Notes: generated by a model not told the origin, from the sequence alone. Positions 21,022 to 32,200 are shown, counted from the stretch's first letter. The stretch: DNA of 64,000 nucleotides from an uncultured Planctomycetota bacterium (GCA_963849325.1 CAWKHF010000006.1:768001-832000); one strand, 5' to 3'. Numbers and translations are program-made.

Positions 21022-21713
21022 ATGAGCGCGGAACCTTCTCTGCCGGCGAACTTCAGCGGTCGGGTTCGTCTGTTCCCCTTGCCGAACCTCGTCCTTTTCC
21101 CCGCCGCGGTGCAGCCGCTGCACATCTTCGAGCCGCGTTACCGCGAGCTGATGGCCGACGCCCTGGAGGATGACCGTCTCCTCGCCATGGCCGTGCTCCA
21201 ACCCGGTTGGGAGCCGCACTACCACGATCGGCCGCCGATCTCTCCGATGGTCTGCGTCGGCCGAATCCTCCAGGAGGAACACCTGCCGGATGGGCGCTAC
21301 AACCTGCTGCTCCACGGGCTGAGCCGGGCACGCGTTCTGGGAGAGCTGGAAACGGACAAATCGTATCGCATAGCTCAGGTAGCGGCGCTGGTGGATGTGC
21401 CGCCGGCCTCGCCCGCCGTGGAGCAAGAGCTGCGGCGGAAACTGACCGAGTGCCTGCACGCCTGGTTCGCCGCGCAGAGCGCCGACCTCGATCCGCTGCG
21501 CAACTCCTGGAGAGCGGCCTGTCGCTGGGAACGCTGTGCGACATCTTCAGCTTCACCTTAGGCCTGGAGGTGGAGGTCAAACGGCAACTGCTCGAACAGG
21601 TCCACGTCGAGCGGCGCGCGCGGATGCTGCTGGACTACCTGGTCCCCCGACTGCCGACCCAATCGGCGCCGGAGACGCCTCGCCGCTTCCCGCCGGACTT
21701 CAGCGCCAACTGA
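21022..21713 (+). CDS. LON peptidase N-terminal substrate-binding domain protein; frameshift ~21505
   Basis: LFPLPNLVLFP...PLHIFEPRYR...LPDGRYN; C-terminus lies in ORF 21207..21713 (FPPDFSAN). Confidence 0.8.
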
Positions 21714-21837
21714 GCGCCCTCCTTTCGCCTCGTGCTTATCGGAGAAATTGCTTGCCGTGGGCTGATCCTGTGGCCATGATGGGGGCATGCACGCCGGCAG
21801 GACGGCTGCGACCTCTTCTCCCTGAAAGGAAACCACG

Positions 21838-22905
21838 ATGCCGGACCATGCGAACGCGAGTTGCCCCGAATGCGCCGACTCCTTCGAGGGTCGGGAGTCT
21901 TTCGATCGACGCGATTTCATCCGCGTCGTCGGCGGTCAAGCGGCCGCCCTGGCGGCCCTCGCCGGCGGCGCCGGCGCGGCCGGCCGTGTCTTCGCCGCCG
22001 AGGACGCCAAACTGAAGAAAGTCAAACGCCCGGTCAAGCCGGCCGAAGACCTGGTCCGCGAGCTGTACGCCAGCCTGTCGTCGGACCAGAAGAAGGACGT
22101 CGTGCTGGCCTGGGACCACGGCTCCGAGGGCGGCAAGCGCCGGCCGACCCGCCTGCGCATGTTCAACGCCCCGATCGGCAAGCAGATCGCCAAGGTCTAC
22201 ACCAGGCCGCAGCAGGAGTTGATCGAGCGCATCCTGCGGGCGATCTGCTCGGACGAGGACGGCTATCGCCGCATCAGCCGTAATGGCAACTTCGACACCA
22301 GCGGTTCGCTGGCCGGCTGCGGGGCCACGCTATTCGGCGAGCCGGACGGCGGCAAGAAATACGCCTGGGTGTTCACCGGCCATCATCTGACGGTGCGCTG
22401 CGATGGCAACTCGGAACCGGGTGCCGCTTTCGGCGGGCCGATGTACTATGGGCACAGCCCCAACGGCTACAGCGAAAGAAACGTCTTCAACTACCAGACG
22501 AAGAGCGTGCTGAGCGTCTATACCGCCCTGTCCGAGGAGCAGCGCAAAAAGGCCGTCGTCACCGGCACTCCCGGCGAGGGCGAATCGTCCATTCAGTTCA
22601 AGAAGAAGATCGAGGAGCAGCCGGGTATTCTTTACAAGGACTTGAAGGCGGACCAGCAACAGCTCGTCGAGAAGGTCATGCGCGACATCCTCTCGCCATA
22701 CCGCAAGGAAGATGTCGATGAGGTCATGGACATCATCAAGGCCAACGGCGGCATGGAGAAGATTCACCTGGCCTTCTACCCGGATCGCCGCATGAACGAC
22801 AACGAACCGTGGCACTTCTGGCGGCTGGAAGGGCCGGGCTTCGTGTGGAACTATCGCGTCCTGCCGCACGTTCACACCTACGTCAACATCTCCGCCAAGG
22901 TGTGA
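21838..22905 (+). CDS. DUF3500-like protein with Tat signal
   Basis: SFDRRDFIR twin-arginine motif; FTGHHLT; WRLEGP..VW..HVH. Confidence 0.75.
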   Translation: MPDHANASCPECADSFEGRESFDRRDFIRVVGGQAAALAALAGGAGAAGRVFAAEDAKLKKVKRPVKPAEDLVRELYASLSSDQKKDVVLAWDHGSEGGKRRPTRLRMFNAPIGKQIAKVYTRPQQELIERILRAICSDEDGYRRISRNGNFDTSGSLAGCGATLFGEPDGGKKYAWVFTGHHLTVRCDGNSEPGAAFGGPMYYGHSPNGYSERNVFNYQTKSVLSVYTALSEEQRKKAVVTGTPGEGESSIQFKKKIEEQPGILYKDLKADQQQLVEKVMRDILSPYRKEDVDEVMDIIKANGGMEKIHLAFYPDRRMNDNEPWHFWRLEGPGFVWNYRVLPHVHTYVNISAKV

Positions 22906-22920
22906 GACACGGGCGTTGAT

Positions 22921-22982
22921 TGTCCGAGCCGGAAGGGTAAGCGAGAGTGGACTTTCCCTCGCTTACCCTTCCGGCTCGGACA
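22921..22982. repeat. REP-like palindrome, family A variant
   Basis: TGTCCGAGCCGGAAGGGTAAGCGAG...CTCGCTTACCCTTCCGGCTCGGACA. Confidence 0.85.
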
Positions 22983-23113
22983 GTTGGCAAGTGAGATGAT
23001 TTGCGCGGGAGCGTCGATCGAGTGATAAGATAACGAGAAGAAGGTTCCGCTTGACGCAGGTCTCCTCGTCCCTTAGAAGCCCACGGGGAATCGCCACTTT
23101 AGGAGGTTTCGCC

Positions 23114-23629
23114 ATGCCAACGCTGACGGCCCCGTCACTCGATCGACGGCTCTTGCAGACGGTGAAAGAAGAGGTCGAGGCCAAATCCGTCCGCGACTGG
23201 CCCCCGGAATCGGTTGAGCTTTGCTTGGTCCTCTTGCGGCAAATCCGCGAGACGACCGCCGGTATGCTCCGGACCCTGGAGGAAGTCCTGGCGGGAGGCG
23301 TCGAGGCTCGCTCCTTCGTCCGCGATGGCGTTCCTCTCCTGGCCGCCGCGGAGGACCGCGTCGCGACCATTCGGGAGTTTCTCGAAAAGCTGTCCTCGTC
23401 GGAAGACGCCGCTTCCGCAAGACTCTTGGCCGTGTTGCACTCCTTGGAGGAGAAAGAAAAGGCTTTCCGCGGCCTTTTGGCCGAGGCGTTGGCCCGAGTC
23501 TCGGCGCCGTCCCCGTCGATGGATTGGGACCGTCTCAAGCGGGAAGCGGATGCCGACTTCGCCGATGGTCATATGGTGAGTTTTGCAACCACCGAGGAGA
23601 TGTTCGAGGGGTTGGCAAATCCTGATTGA
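23114..23629 (+). CDS. Hypothetical protein, possible antitoxin
   Basis: AGGAGG RBS before ATG 23114; acidic antitoxin-like tail READADFADGHMVSFATTEEMFEGL. Confidence 0.6.
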   Translation: MPTLTAPSLDRRLLQTVKEEVEAKSVRDWPPESVELCLVLLRQIRETTAGMLRTLEEVLAGGVEARSFVRDGVPLLAAAEDRVATIREFLEKLSSSEDAASARLLAVLHSLEEKEKAFRGLLAEALARVSAPSPSMDWDRLKREADADFADGHMVSFATTEEMFEGLANPD

Positions 23630-23643
23630 CCCGGAGGTTGGAT

Positions 23644-23929
23644 GTGCGTTACAGGCTCGAATTCCGCGCGTCCGTCCGCGATTATCTCCGGCAGCTGCCT
23701 CTTACGCGCGAAGGTCGGAAGACTCCACGCGAATCTGATTCCGTTGACCGCTGAAGTCCCGGACTCCTTTCAGTCTGATCCGGCCAACCGACCCGATCCG
23801 TCTTCTCCCTTCTACCATTTCACCTATCACTTCCGGGACGGGGGCCGCTGGTGGAGGCTCTTTGTCGTCGTGGATGACTCAACAGCTGCCTACGGCGTCC
23901 TGCGCATTGTTTACGCCGACTGCCAGTAA
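23644..23929 (+). CDS. Small protein, possibly RelE/ParE-like toxin; frameshift ~23718
   Basis: GGAGGT then GTG 23644 reads MRYRLEFRASVRDYLRQLP...; continues in ORF 23642..23929 (...GGRWWRLFVVVDD...VLRIVY). Confidence 0.45.
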
Positions 23930-23949
23930 TGAGAAGCACAAGTGAGTGA

Positions 23950-23998
23950 GAAAGGTCATAGGGTCTTTTTCGCTCCGAAAAAGACCCTATGACCTTTC
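23950..23998. terminator. 23-bp perfect hairpin between convergent genes
   Basis: GAAAGGTCATAGGGTCTTTTTCG-CTC-CGAAAAAGACCCTATGACCTTTC. Confidence 0.6.
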
Positions 23999-24150
23999 CC
24001 TGCATTCAGACAAATCCCTCTTCTTCTTCTTCAGGGAGCTTAACCCGTCGCATTGTCTTTCAGGACAGTTCAGGCTCGACGCCTGCATGCTCCGTTTACT
24101 CGGTAGGGAACCTGGTGGCCTCCTCTAAGTCGTTGCGCAGGGTAGGTCGC

Positions 24151-25287
24151 TTAGAACAATTTTTGTTTGACCATCTCAAGGAACGCGGTCACGTTCGATA
24201 CACAAGGAACTTCCGAAACCATAGCCACATCTCCGTCAGATGCACGAACCGGTGGAACCGTGTGTTCGACCATCAAGGCTTTAATGCGCTCCCAATTTAT
24301 CGCATCGTCTGCCAGAAAGCCTGGGCTGGCCATCGCCTTTCCTCCAGCAGCATGGATTCGTTCAAGTTGCCGGTGGATGCCGAGATATTCGGTTCGGTTC
24401 ATGACGCGGGCAGGGCCGAGCATGATCCCTCTCATAACCTCGTTGTAATGTTTCGCGTGCAGGAGTCCTTCTTCGATTAGCACCTGACGGAGTTCATAAC
24501 CGATGGTTTCTGCAAGGCCGCCAGCGGGGGCTTGCGACTCCAGTCTCTGGAGCATTCGGAAGACTGCGTGATCAGGACGGGGAGTCGCAAGGGCAAGGCT
24601 ACAGACAATCACTGTCAATCGGTCGATCGTCACCGGGACAACATTATGCTCATAACGCGGCTGCGACAGGATATTCCGGATCCCGTCGTAAAACTCGGTT
24701 TCAATGGCGGATGCGGGCCATGTATGGGTGTTGTAAGCCATATTGGTTTTCAGCCACTGATCGATTCGCCGCGCCATACCCTCTGCCAAGAGGCCGGGAG
24801 AGAACGGCCGAAAGCGTTTTCCCGGCGTCACAAACCCGGCCATCATCTCTGTGTATGTTCCGTTTGTTACTTCCTGCTGTTCGACCGTCCAAGGTCCGCT
24901 CCCACCCATGTAGGGAAAGTCCATTGGTGAAAACAGCAGTTTGGTCTCGTCCGCAAATTGTTGTGCCCGGTAACGTATATCGGCGTGGTTTGTGCCCTCA
25001 TGGTCAGGTAAGGTTGCCAGCTTCGGAAGGATTTTGTGATAGCCATTGATCTCTCCCCCAGCGGCTGAAATATCCCCTGCCAGTTGGAATGCCGAGTGGA
25101 CTCCGAAATCCACCAATTCGGCGAGGATTCGGAATCCTGGGTTACTGCTAATCAGCTGTAAATAGTGAATGTACTCATGGGAGAAGGACATAGTCATGAC
25201 CGCGTTGGCCGGCATACCAGCCAAGTCAGACGATGATCCACGATCCGAGACATCGATCCTACACGAGAAAAAGTCGAAATACGCCAT
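24151..25287 (-). CDS. Low-GC hypothetical protein with HExxH zincin-type motif
   Basis: SHEYIHYLQ near the N-terminus and a downstream LAEGMA; likely start MAYFDF at 25287; composition differs from flanks. Confidence 0.65.
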   Translation of the reverse strand: MAYFDFFSCRIDVSDRGSSSDLAGMPANAVMTMSFSHEYIHYLQLISSNPGFRILAELVDFGVHSAFQLAGDISAAGGEINGYHKILPKLATLPDHEGTNHADIRYRAQQFADETKLLFSPMDFPYMGGSGPWTVEQQEVTNGTYTEMMAGFVTPGKRFRPFSPGLLAEGMARRIDQWLKTNMAYNTHTWPASAIETEFYDGIRNILSQPRYEHNVVPVTIDRLTVIVCSLALATPRPDHAVFRMLQRLESQAPAGGLAETIGYELRQVLIEEGLLHAKHYNEVMRGIMLGPARVMNRTEYLGIHRQLERIHAAGGKAMASPGFLADDAINWERIKALMVEHTVPPVRASDGDVAMVSEVPCVSNVTAFLEMVKQKLF

Positions 25288-25490
25288 AATTATTCCTGAT
25301 GATGTATTAAAGTCAGCGCTGTGTGTTACCCCTGGCGAAGGAAGCAACCAGTCAATCGATCCAACCTCGCCGAACTACTAGCTAGGGCGTGTCGCGCGTT
25401 CTAACTCCCTCCCGTCAATTCTCGCCTGGGGCGCTTGCCTGTCAAGCGAAGTCGTAACTCCCGGCCAATCTTTCCGATTGTCCCCACAGC

Positions 25491-25514
25491 GCCGGGGGTA
25501 TCTCTACCCCCGGC
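25491..25514. terminator. GC-rich hairpin after the oxidoreductase beta gene
   Basis: GCCGGGGGTA-TCTC-TACCCCCGGC. Confidence 0.45.
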
Positions 25515-25535
25515 AAGCGAGGTTCTGTGAGGCGA

Positions 25536-26431
25536 TTACATGAACTCCTCAACCAACTCACGGCGCTGGTCCTTGGTCAGGCCGCGCGCCTTGCCGACGA
25601 GTGGGCCGTCCTGCAAGGCCGCGTCGAGCTGATCCAGCGACGGGCGCGGATTGGGGTTTTTGTAGAACAGGCCAATGGGGATTTTCGCGCCCATTCCAGC
25701 GCCCGGTCCATCGCCGCGTGGAAGTCGGTCGAATCGTGGCCGTTGTCTTCCAGGCGGTAGACGTGATCGCGGAACCAGTGATACGTGTTCTGCTTGTTGA
25801 AGGTCACGCACGGGCTGAACACGTCGATCAGGGCGAAGCCGGGGTGCTGAATGCCGTCCATGTACAGCTTGAGCAGGTGCTTGGGATCGCCGCTGAAGCC
25901 GCGGGCGATGTAGCCGCAGCCGATGGCCAGGGCCAGGGCCAGCGGGTTGAGCATGTGCTCCAGGTTGCCGCCCGGCGTGCTCTTGGTCACCATGCCGTGC
26001 TCGCTGGTCGGCGATACCTGACCCGTCGTCAGGCCGTAAATCTCGTTGTTCATGACGATGTAGGTCAGATTGATGTTGCGACGCATGGCCTGGATGAAGT
26101 GGTTCAAGCCGATGCCATAACCGTCGCCGTCGCCGCCGGTGGCGATGACGGTCAGGTGATGGTTGGCCAGCTTGGCGCCGGTGGCGAAGGGCAAGGCCCG
26201 GCCGTGCAAGCTGTGTACGCCGTAGGAGCGGAAGAAACCGGGCAGGTTCGACGAGCAACCGATGCCGGACACGACCAGCAATTCATGCGGCCGAATCTCC
26301 AGCTCGGCGCACGCCTTCTGCAAGACGTTGAGCACACCGAAATCGCCGCAGCCCGGACACCAGTCCGGCGCCACGTCCGCTTTGAAGTCCTTCACTTCGA
26401 GTTTGCGAGGGGTTGCGGTCAGGGTCGTCAT
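25536..26431 (-). CDS. korB: 2-oxoacid:ferredoxin oxidoreductase beta subunit; frameshift ~25685
   Basis: WCPGCGDFG, SGIGCS, HGRALP, GGDGD, NNEIYGLTTGQ, SPCVTFN; C-terminus KIPIGLFY in another frame. Confidence 0.9.
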
Positions 26432-26465
26432 TATGGAGAACTCCTTCGTTCGGTTTCGTGAGGGA

Positions 26466-26867
26466 TCAGGCTTTGTCCCGGCGGAAAATGATGCACAGGT
26501 GCTGCGTGTCTCCCTCGGGAGGGAAGGCGCGCATGCGGTTGCCGGTGCCCGGCTCGGCCGGGCACCAAATGAGATGATCGCCATCCAGTTCGTAGATAAT
26601 CAGCGACGTCTTGCCGCGGTGCTTCTCCGGGCCTTCGCGGATGGTCATGTCCATCATCTTGGGCTTGGCCGTCGGATCGAGGGTGTAGGTGCCGAGGTAA
26701 ACGTCGCCGTTCTTGAAGGTGACGGTGAAGTGTTCGCCGGCGATGAGCATATGCGCCTCGCGGATGCCGGAGACGAATTTCCACATCCCTTGCAGGCGCT
26801 CTTTATCTCTTCCGGCGGCAGCTTCGCGCGCCAGGTCGGGGTCGAGTAACGCGGTTTCCATGAACAT
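26466..26867 (-). CDS. TIGR03067 planctomycete domain protein
   Basis: LQGMWKFVS...YTLDPTAKPKMMD...IYELDGDHL.WC...R..F. Confidence 0.8.
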   Translation of the reverse strand: MFMETALLDPDLAREAAAGRDKERLQGMWKFVSGIREAHMLIAGEHFTVTFKNGDVYLGTYTLDPTAKPKMMDMTIREGPEKHRGKTSLIIYELDGDHLIWCPAEPGTGNRMRAFPPEGDTQHLCIIFRRDKA

Positions 26868-26895
26868 CTCCCTTGATGAGATAGCCTCTCGTTCT

Positions 26896-26992
26896 CCCCT
26901 CTCCCCCGCTTCGGGGGAGAGGGGTTGGGGGTGAGGGGGCGGCGTCTCCCCCTCACCCCCAACCCCTCTCCCCCGCTTCGGGGGAGAGGGGG
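26896..26992. repeat. Composite hairpin repeat, family C (PLTPNPSP-type)
   Basis: CCCCTCTCCCCCG...GGGGGAGAGGGGTTGGGGGTGAGGGGG and its inverse; second copy at 53207. Confidence 0.85.
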
Positions 26993-26999
26993 GCAGTTC

Positions 27000-28889
27000 T
27001 TAATGCGTGGTGGCGGGGGCAACGCCGGAAAGCCGGCCGGCCCAGTCGGCGCTGGTGCCGCTGGGATGGTCGGTACGCCAGCCCGGCTCGGTGGATTGCA
27101 CAATGACCACCTCCGCCTTGCCGTCCAGGATGTCCTGGACGCCGGCGACGACGTGCTTCGGTTCCAACGGTTCGCCGTCGTATTTGCGAATGTGGCCGTT
27201 GGCCGCGATGCCGGTCTCGGCCCGCAGGTGGCGGGCGAACTGGCCGCTCTGGTTGTTCTCGACCACGATGATGCGCCGGCTGCGGCCGAGCAACTTCTGC
27301 ACCTCGCGCACCTGGAACGGCAGCAGATAACGCACCTGCAGATGATTGGTCGAGACCCCCTCGCGGTTGAGACGTTCGACCGCCTCGGTCAGCACGCCCC
27401 AGGTCGAACCCCAGCCGACCAGCGTTACCTCGGCGTCGGCCGGCCCGCTGAACAGCGGCGGCGGCAGATGGGCCAGCACCGTACTCATCTTGCGGACGCG
27501 CTTGTCCACCATTTTCTGACGCCGCACCGGGTCGGTGAAGACGTCGCTGAGCAGCACGCCGTCCTCGTCGTGCTCGTCGCTGGCGGCCACGTACAGATGG
27601 CCGGGCACGCCGGGCACGGCGCGCGGCGAGATGCCCGACTCCGTGTTCTTGTAGCGCAGGTACGGCTCGCCATTGGCGTGATGCGCCTCGCCGTTGCTCG
27701 AACCGTTGCCGCTGGGCAAAATCACCTCGCCGCGGTCGATCTCCAGGATCTGCTCGAACACGGCGGGATCGACGGTCTCGTTGCCCTCGCTGAGAAGCAG
27801 GTCGGAGACGACGATTACCGGGCACTGGTAGCGATCGGCCAGGTTGAAGGATTGCTGAATGACGGCGAAGCAATCGGGAATGCTGAGCGGAGCGACGATG
27901 ATGCGCGGGAAATCGCCCTGGCTGGCGCCGATGGCCTGGTTGAGGTCGCCCTGTTCGGTCTTAGTCGGCACGCCGGTGGACGGCCCGGCCCGCATGACGT
28001 TGATGGCGACGACCGGCGTCTCGAAGATGCCGGCCATGCCGATGGCCTCGGTCATCAGAGCGAAGCCGCCGCCGGAGGTGGCGCACATGCCGCGCACGCC
28101 CATGTGGTTGGCGCCGATGGTCATGTTGATGACGGAGATTTCGTCCTCGACCTGGCGCACGCAGATGCCGAGCTGCTTGCCGTGGGCGGCCATCCAGTGC
28201 AGGACGCCGGAAGCCGGACTCATCGGATAGGCACAGTAGAATTTGCAATCGGCCATCGCCGCAGACATCGCCAGCACTTCGTTGCCGGTGACGAGCGCCC
28301 ATTTCTGGTCTGTCGGCGTCAGCTGGCGCGGCATCGGCTGGAAGTGTTGGCCGGCGTAGTCGAAGCCGGCCCGCGCCGCCTCGACGTTGGTGCCGATGAC
28401 CTTCGGCTTCTTGGCGAAGGTGGTGCTGATGACCGATTCGAGTCCGGCGAAGTCCAGGCCCATCAGGCGCATCACGGCGCCGACGGCGACGGTGTTCTGC
28501 ATGACCGGCAGTTCTTTGTAGGCGGTGGTCAAGTCAGGCACGGGCAGCGGGCAGAGCTGCACGCCCCTGGGCGGCTCGTAGCTGGGTTTGACCTTGGCGC
28601 TGTTGTACAGGGCCACCCCCCCAGGCCCCAACTCTTGCAGATGACGGTCGAGCGTATCCTGATTCAAGGCGATCAAGCCGTCGATCTGATCGCCGTGATT
28701 GAGCGGTTTGTGCGCCGAGACGCGCAGGCGCAGCCAGGAATGTCCGCCGCGAATGACGGACTGGTAACTGTTGTAGGCGTAAACGCCCTGCCCTTGCCGG
28801 GCCACGGCCAGGGCGAGCGTGTTTCCGGCCGAGGCGACGCCGTCGCCCGCGGCCCCACCGATACCGACGATCAGGTTGGCATGGTCCAT
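27000..28889 (-). CDS. korA: 2-oxoacid:ferredoxin oxidoreductase alpha(-gamma) subunit
   Basis: IGGAAGDG, IRGGHS, YPMSPAS, QVEDEI, ATSGGGFALM, RAGPSTGVPT, GWGST; start MDHANL at 28889. Confidence 0.92.
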   Translation of the reverse strand: MDHANLIVGIGGAAGDGVASAGNTLALAVARQGQGVYAYNSYQSVIRGGHSWLRLRVSAHKPLNHGDQIDGLIALNQDTLDRHLQELGPGGVALYNSAKVKPSYEPPRGVQLCPLPVPDLTTAYKELPVMQNTVAVGAVMRLMGLDFAGLESVISTTFAKKPKVIGTNVEAARAGFDYAGQHFQPMPRQLTPTDQKWALVTGNEVLAMSAAMADCKFYCAYPMSPASGVLHWMAAHGKQLGICVRQVEDEISVINMTIGANHMGVRGMCATSGGGFALMTEAIGMAGIFETPVVAINVMRAGPSTGVPTKTEQGDLNQAIGASQGDFPRIIVAPLSIPDCFAVIQQSFNLADRYQCPVIVVSDLLLSEGNETVDPAVFEQILEIDRGEVILPSGNGSSNGEAHHANGEPYLRYKNTESGISPRAVPGVPGHLYVAASDEHDEDGVLLSDVFTDPVRRQKMVDKRVRKMSTVLAHLPPPLFSGPADAEVTLVGWGSTWGVLTEAVERLNREGVSTNHLQVRYLLPFQVREVQKLLGRSRRIIVVENNQSGQFARHLRAETGIAANGHIRKYDGEPLEPKHVVAGVQDILDGKAEVVIVQSTEPGWRTDHPSGTSADWAGRLSGVAPATTH

Positions 28890-29264
28890 TACTTCAGTCC
28901 CCCGCCAAAATGGAACAACTCGGGCCACGAATCCCCCAACGGCCGTCCGCGAATGCGGACGGAACGTGGCCCCCTCGTGCAATCGTCCTCTGCTCTCGAA
29001 CCGTCGTTGTTGCGTGTGCCGCGGCGCGAACGGACTCGTTCGGAATGGACAAGCGTCGGCGGCAAAAACCGGAATCTTCCCCGATCATAAGAGGTTTTTC
29101 GCCGCGTGCAACTGAATAACGGTTGCGATTCTGTTTTCTCCCATTTTTTCCTTGACGCGCTCGCCAGGTGAGACTACCTTACTTCTTCGTTAGCATTTTC
29201 TCATTTACTTCCAGACCGTTGACACGAGAGATTCCGTCGTTTATCGCCCGCGAGGATCGCACCT

Positions 29265-32200
29265 ATGATGCGCTGGAAGCACTCGATCCGCATCGATCTC
29301 TGTCCGCCGGAATGGCTCGCCAACGCCTGGGCTACCCTGCGCGGCTGGCTCAAAGACTCGCGCGTTCTCTCACGCCGCGACTTCGGGCCGCCCCGGCCAT
29401 GGCGACGCCGCGTCTACCTCGAAGTGGAAGCGCTCGAATTAAGACTGCTGCCCGCAGTTGACTTGTCCCAGTTCATCTCCACTTTCAACGCAGGAAACAC
29501 GCTGCCTATCTTGGCGGTTGCTTCCGCTTACCCGGCTCACGGCAGCACAGCCGGTCCTGGTCAGGATGACCTGAACACGAGCGGCACCCCCACGCCGAGT
29601 GTCCACAACGCCTTCCCGGGCGATAACGCTATCGACGAATCCTCTACCCGAAACGTAGGATCTGACGTTCCGCAACGCCCCCAAGAACAGCTTGGGCGAC
29701 CCGAGCACAGTCCCCATCGAAATCCAGGAAGACAACCAGATCCTACACCGACGACTACCCCAACGCCGATCACGCCTCAGGTTATAGGCCCGCACGCTAA
29801 GCTGCCTCCGAATTACGTCACCGGCCCCAGTTGCAACTGCGGTTGCCCTGACGAACCGGGCAGCACGGTGCAGTCAGCCGCGAATACCAACGCCACGACG
29901 AGTTCCGCCTCCTCCAGCGGAGCGACCGGCGGCAATGGTCCCGTCTACACACCCGGCGGCGGAGGCACGGGCGGGGTCGCTGTCCAAACAACGCCCCAGG
30001 TTGAGACCCCCTACCCTGTGCGCTTCGCCGACGGCACGGTGAACATTGCCGAGACCGACCTGCACTCCGACGCTTTCGGCTTCGCCTGGGGACAGACACG
30101 CTCCTGGAGCAACGGTCCCGGCTACGCCACCGGCTCCGACAACGGCAACGGCTGGGTCGATACCTACACGCCGCATCTCATCCAGGCCGGCGGCTGGGCT
30201 CCCAACAATACCCTCGCCGTCATCGCCAACGGCACCACCGCCTACTACTTCGACCTCCAGGACGACGGCAGCTACCAGGGACGATTCAGCGATCCCGCCA
30301 AGCTAACCGTCAACAGCAGCAACGACACCTACACGCTGACTGACGGCCAGGGCGATCAGATCGTCTTCGACGGCTTCGGCTCCAGTTGGCTGCCCGCCCA
30401 GAAGGGCCAGATGCAAAGCTACACCGACGCCAACGGCATCACCCTGGCCGTCACGTCTTACACCGCCGACGGCCACATCGCCGAGATGCAGCGTTCGGGC
30501 ACCAGCAACGGCAACACCGTCACCGAATCGTGGCTGTACAGTTACCTACCCTCGACCGACGCCAACGCCGGCCTGCTCCAGAGCGTCACCCTGCGACAGC
30601 AGACCAACGGCGGCGCCTGGACCACCGTGCAGCAGGTCCAGTACACCTACTACGACGGCAGCCAGCAGTACGGCGGCAGCCTCGGCGACTTGATGACCGC
30701 CACCGTACTCGATGGCAATAACAACGTCCTGTCCACCAGTTACTACCGCTACTACACGGCGGGGCAGGCCAACGGCTACGCCGGCGGTCTGGAGTACGTC
30801 TTCAATCCCGCCTCCTACACTCGACTGACCGCCGCTCTGGGCACCGACCTCGGCGACCTCACCGACGCGCAGGTGGCCCCCTTCGCCGACAACTATTTCC
30901 AGTACGACAGCCAGCAGCGCGTCATCCAGGAAGTAGCGCAAGGCGCGGGCGACTCGCAGACGGCCGGCGGCCTGGGTACCTACACCTTCAGCTACACCGC
31001 CAGCAACAACGCTCCCGGCTACAACAGTTGGGCAACCAAGACGGTCGTCACCAATCCCGACGGTAGTACGGACACGGTCTATACCAACGCCTACGGCCAG
31101 ACCATGCTCATCGATCACTACGATCCGATCAGCGGTCTGGATACCGATAACTTCTATGCCTACAACGATCAGGGCCAACTCATCCTGCAAGCGGCACCGT
31201 CGGCCGTCACCGGCTATGACGACAGCTACGCCGACCTGCTGAACAACGATCAGTATCTCAACAGCAACAGCGGCCTGATTACGCGCTACGACTATTACAC
31301 GACGACCACGGCGACGGAGACGACGGCGGGCGGCGTGGCCGGCTACCTGGAAGACAAGCAGATCCAGCAGGGGCAGCAAGGCGCGCTCGTACCGCAAGAG
31401 ACCTGGCAGTATTACGCCCACGCTTACGGTGGTCAGACCGTCGCGCCCATCGCCACCGACACCGTGTATCGCAACAGCGATGGCACCGGTGCCGAGACGA
31501 CTTCCTACGCTTACACCTGGTATAGCGGCACGGCCGAGATGCAGTCGGAGACGGTCAGCGCCCCAGTCATCTCGTCGGCCCAGAATGGTCCGGGCACGGC
31601 CGACGTGACCACGACCGTCTTCGATACCAACGGCAACCCCATCTGGGTGCAAGATCCCGACGGTTACATCCAGTACTTCGCCTACGATCCGCTGACGGGG
31701 GCGTTGGTCACGAGTATCGCCGACGTGAACACGGCGGACACGAGTGAATTCACGAACCTGCCGACGGGCTGGACGACGCCGACGGGCGGCGGCCTGAACC
31801 TGGTGACGCAGTATCAGGTGGACGACCGGGGACGGACCACGAAAGAGACCTCGCCCGATGGCAACATCACCTACTACGTCTATCTCGACGCCCAGCACGA
31901 AGAGCGCATCTACCAGGGCTGGAACGCCAGCAGCGGCATGCCCACCGGGCCTACCGAGGTCATCCGCGAAGACGCCGCCGACGGCTACGACGAAGTCTTC
32001 ACCATGACGGCGGCGCCCAACCTCAACCCCGACGGTACGCCCAACGGCAGCGAAGCCACCAGCGGCTTGCAAAGCCTGACACGCGACTACACCAACGACG
32101 CCAGCCAGATGATCGCCGAGGACGACTACTTCAACCTGGGCGGCCTGGCCTATAGCACCGGCGTCATGGGCACGCTTAACGTCAATTACTACCAGACACA

